Assembly: GCA_030141605.1 (NCBI GenBank)
Contig: JAQGDQ010000070.1
Location: forward strand, 62,001 to 126,000
Direction: 5' to 3'
Length of the DNA: 64,000 nt
Source: Tubiluchus corallicola
Lineage: Eukaryota > Animalia > Priapulida
Both the position numbers and the translations under genes were made by a program. This document shows, one piece after another, positions 59,229 through 64,000 of the stretch. Within the stretch, counting starts at the first letter, position 1, and every line of letters begins with the position of its first letter. The notes below the pieces were generated by a model, which was not told the origin of the DNA, made no database searches, and was given only the letters and a program-made list of their open reading frames with translations.

Positions 59229-61799
59229 GACAGATGATCAACACGCTTTCAACAGACAGCTTCACTCGATAATGAACATAACGAACTACGCATTTCTTAC
59301 GACTCCCACATTGAAAATACGAATACGAAGCATTTATTCAGCCGTAAAATATATAGAACGTACACAAGTATAACAATAAGATTACAGTTACAATTGTCAG
59401 ACGCCGGTGTTACGACTTGGTGAAGCCAGATTGCATCTGCTCCACAAGCAAGAGATTGCCATAGGCATTCGATTGATTTCAAGATTGATGTCATTGTGAA
59501 CGACCGAAAATAATAAAAAATACATTTAATTTGCAATTAGATTAATAACCTGTGAAACTGCTATTACTGTAGTAGATATGGCTTCTATGTATCTGTTACC
59601 TATTCTAAAAATGGGTTTAACCTAATAGTGAACCGTTGCTCTGGTTTTGCTATATTCTGTACTACCAGTTGACTTTTACAAGACGTTATATGCAGGCATC
59701 TTTTTTACCTATATTTATGTGGAAACTTCTATATCAATAAACGTTTAAAGTATATTCTACTGTTATACCTTTTGTCAACACGACAATTGATTTGCAAAAG
59801 AATTAGATTTGGAAAATCAGGATTTTTAGCGTAAAATCAAGGCATTAAAGTGCAGATGCAGGAGATACCCGTAAATGACTTGTCGCACTGTAAAGTCAAA
59901 TAGGTTTTTTGCACCACCTCAGTTCTCCTAATTGATAATTACATTTCTGCTAGTGATAGCTAAATTATAATTATAATAATTTTATATAAACTAATTTTAT
60001 ATAATAATAATATATATAAACTAATGTGTGTTATAAGTTTTCGAAGAATATGCTGTTTAACATGTTCATGTTATTTATGTTCAACTGTTTATGTGGTCCG
60101 AAGCCGTGAAGTGAATTCGCTTTTATAAGAACAACATGATTAATGTTTGATAGCAATTATCGTGTGATTAGTTTTGGGCCGCTACTCTCTACTAAAATTC
60201 GTTATAATTTGCAAATATAAAAGTAATTTAAAGTTTTAACTCAGTTGTTTATCCTAGATACGCTCCAAAAACAGTTTAAAAGACGACATAAGTACGCAAA
60301 ATATTAACTTTCCCAAAAGTGTTCATGCACATTAGTCGACAAAGTAATTGGTTGGACAGCACTTCTTTCTAAGTGTTGCATAGGAACACGAAGGATTCTT
60401 AAATTATTTTTTCCATTATTGAAATGGTATTGGCAAGAGTGTCCATAAACTAATATTCTAAAGATTAAAAAGGTAGGGTACTAGAAGTCAGGTATGTCAT
60501 GCCTGCACACTTTATTAATACACTTCTTGCATTTAAATAAAAAATGTTGTACCCGGAGTAAATAGCGAGTGAAATGGGGGGGGGGGTGGTCTAGGTCGTT
60601 TTCTGAAAAAGCAGTTTGTCATACATACACCCAGAGCTGGATAGGTGCCATAGGATTATGGGTCGTAGGTCAGTTTTGTCACTGTTTTTTGGGTGGGTTA
60701 CACGGGCGTGGGCTTGAAGCCAGACCCACGTGGTCCAGGTAAAACTTACAACAACAGTGTAAGAGAATGCCACTTTAATTTTTTGGCCACCGTTTCTAAT
60801 CTATATAAATAGTCGTTTCATTTGTCACTACAGTAATTTTACATGTCTTTAATTATCAATGCATTATTGATGGAAGAATTTTTGAATTTTAAAATTTGAA
60901 TTTGAATTTTAAAAATTGTTTATTATTACTCAATCCCTTTTTAAAAAACGGCCGGTAGTAACATCAGATTTCTCAATAAAGACCCTCCACCTCTATGCCT
61001 TTGTTCCTCACACACATTTTGAATTGGTAGTGTGAGTTGTGTTACGTCATTACCATTTTTGTCCTCATTGTGGTGTAAAACAATTTTTAAATAAATAATT
61101 ATGTTATTTCTGTCTTAAGCTCTTCTATAAAAACCTGCGGCCCAAAGCCGTGTTTTAACTGTAAGAGTAATTTTTGTGGCTAAAAGGCGCATTTCTTCTA
61201 ATCTGAAGGAAACGTAAGAATGTGCTCAACAACACAATCATATAAATCAATTAAATTTAGAGTTTAACAGGCAGGGCTGTTTGCCTAGAAATACCGTGAG
61301 ACCAACATAAGCGCAATTGATTACCAGTGGCGAATTTAGGGCGCGGGCCCAAGAGGCCTGCGCCCTTTTCATAGTAGCAGCTTCAGCACAACAAGTGAAT
61401 ATTTTCTCTGGATTATAAGCCTTAGAATGTTATATTAGCTTCCAAGTTGTTTTTGGTTTGCCATGTGGTTTTTGGCAACATTTTAAGGTTTTCTTTAAGC
61501 AGATTCTTACTGGTGTGTCACGTGGTAATCTTAGAAGGTACCATAATCATCTCAATTTTCGGAGCCAGACTTTTGTACTCTAAGGAATTTATTTGGTTCT
61601 GGTATATTAATATTCATTTTTGATTATGTAAGGTCATCTTGTCTTCAAAACTTTCCTTAGAAGACTTCTATGAAGAGTGTCAACTCACTTTTCTTGAATA
61701 ATCACAAAACCCTATGTTTCACGGTTGTATATAAATATGCTGGTATATATGCATTAAATAGTCGAAGTTTTGTGTTTAGACTTATTTCTTGCTAGTTAT

Positions 61800-64000
61800 T
61801 GCATTCTTGCGTTGAAGAACAGCATACATTGCAGGACAGACTGCAAAACTATACCATACGAAAATACAAGTAATACAAACACACAAGCACACAAACAAAA
61901 CAACATTACAAAAAATAATAATAACAATTTCGCATTGGCTTCAATCATTACATCAATTGAATATCAACAATGTAAAAAATTAAGCATACAGTATCCTTCT
62001 CCAAATCTTTCTTACACTGGAAGTAAAAGTATCACTACCGTTCTACATAGCAAGTTTTCACTGTTTGTAATTCTAGTATTCAGGCTGTAAATGCTTTTCC
62101 TGAGAATAACATCAAAGTACACTAATTTATGCGTCACAGAAATGTCCCTAGTACTGTGATCGAACTGGTAATTGAAAAATTTGCGCATTGATTTATTATG
62201 AGCAACCTTAAGTTTGTTCAGATTATAATTATGAAAGTGCTGCCAAGTGGCTATACAGTAGAAGCTATTACAATAAGTATTGAATAGATGTGTTTTTACA
62301 GCATTGGTGCAATAGTAAAATTTACGGCATAGCTTATTTGCTCGAGAGTAATAAATGCCTACTTCTCGTATGATATCTAGATCGTCTCTGTTGTCCCTAG
62401 AAATGATGTGGCCAAGATGTTTTTCATTATCACAACGCTCAATAACATTATCACAAGGCACAGATCAGGCTATCTTAACTGTTCCGAACTCAAAGTTGCT
62501 GATATTGGAAGGCGTTATAGTCAGAAGCTTAGTTTTGTCAACATTAATTAAAATATCAAATTTTGCCGCATAATCAACATTTATATCACATAACTTCTTC
62601 AGAGCAGTTGCCGTGGTACTTAACAGGCAGATATCGTCAGCGTATGTAAAATGATTGTAATACATATCTGCAATTTGACATCCAAGATTACTAGAAGCTA
62701 GATTTTCACCAAGTTCTCTAAAGTAGAAGTTAAACAGAAGAGGGGACATCTTTTCTCCCTGCCGTACACAGTTGCCAACTTTAAAAAATCTCAGAGTTAT
62801 AGTTACCTCATCTCACTAGCATGCCTTGATGGGTGTAATAAAAAACAAGTAAACGAACAACAACATTTGGCATCTCAGTTTCAATGAGTTTTAAAAACAG
62901 TTTAAAATAATTAATTCTATCGAAGGCTTTGGAGGCGTCTAAAAACATTATATGTACAGTACTCTGGCGGTCTATATAACATTCTACTACTTCTTTTAAG
63001 ATCCTGTAATACGTAACTCAGTACCCATATTCTCCACATAACCAAACTAGTTGGGTGTGGCAGGTAAACAATCTGCATAACGAGTCAATACAACAATTTC
63101 TTAAAGTTTTCTGAAATTATTTCTGTCTGTTATATCTCTATTTTTGTCTTTAATAAGTCGCACAATTACTGATAACATTAGTGAGTTTTGTAAGAAACGA
63201 TGAGTGATACAAGAGTTATAAAACAATGCGAACAAAACTGGTAACACGTGAGAGGTATGTCTAAAATGCTCTGACTTTAGACTGTCTGGTCCAGCTTACC
63301 TATTTAATGCTAGCTTTTTAATGGCTTGCTGTACCTCAGCTCCCGTAAATTTGTTAATTTCATTGACGTTTCCAGGCAGTGCTTCGTGTAATTTATTGGC
63401 AAGATTGCTGTTATCAACAGCAATTGCGAGTTAAGGAGATTCTGATAATGATCACCCCACATGTCACAAATTGTCCTTTCGTCTGCTACGTGGCCAATTT
63501 TTGATGGAAAATGGCATTTTTGAATTAGTTTCTTTTTTGACCTGAGCCCAGAACTGATATGAGATGCAGTTTATAAGTCTATATGCAATTTTGTTCTTGG
63601 CGCTTACATTCGCGCAAAGCTTGTTTAAATTGTGCGCGTGCACGCACTTACTGGCTAAATGCCCAGAACGAGGTTTGCCATTCAAGTACCAGTAGCATTG
63701 GCGCAGAAACTTATGCTTATCAGCAACAAGCTCATTCCAGCCAGGAATTATTGTCTTTTTAGTTTTGTTGTTCTCAGGTTGTTTGCTGCCTGGAATAGTG
63801 CAATTTGCAGCATCCATACTAACTGAGTATCCATAATATATTGTCATAGTATTCTCTAAGCTGCAATTTATGATCGGTGTTGTGGCAGTTTATATCTTCG
63901 CGAAGAAGTGCGTGATACCGTACTGCAAGTTTAGACAACAAATCTTGCGTCATTAAAGTGTAATCGAACAGTTGGTTGCTGCTAGCTTTATCCCAATCTA
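61800..64000 (-). mobile_element. Degenerate LINE (non-LTR retrotransposon) reverse transcriptase ORF2, frameshifted; extends past the window end
   Basis: RT motifs across broken frames: FLDASKAFDRI, VRQG..MSPLLFNFY, FTYADDICLL, KHLGHIIS and LFNTYC, plus the upstream IPGWNELV motif. Multiple stops and frameshifts. Confidence 0.92.

Overview
This is AT-rich animal genomic DNA, most likely from an invertebrate protostome, with GT-AG spliced genes; it is not prokaryotic and has no CRISPR array. I assembled six protein-coding genes by hand. (1) The first three coding exons of a CCDC88/Girdin-Daple gene on the minus strand; the following >19 kb, transposon-rich intron appears to fill the start of the window. 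(2) A 7-exon TJAP1/Pilt-like gene on the minus strand. (3) An 11-zinc-finger CTCF on the plus strand with an intronless CDS, head-to-head with TJAP1 across a very small promoter region. (4) A typical 2-Cys peroxiredoxin on the minus strand with 5 coding exons. (5) An intronless UTP18 on the minus strand. (6) A 3-exon POLE4 on the minus strand. The most striking observation is that the UTP18 ATG lies only 29 nt after the POLE4 stop codon in the same apparent exon, suggesting a bicistronic or operon-like POLE4-UTP18 unit. CTCF-like binding motifs bracket the TJAP1-CTCF pair. The remainder is hAT and pogo MITEs, decayed LINEs, a 71-bp tandem array and microsatellites. Gene names come from recognising motifs from memory; no database searches were run.
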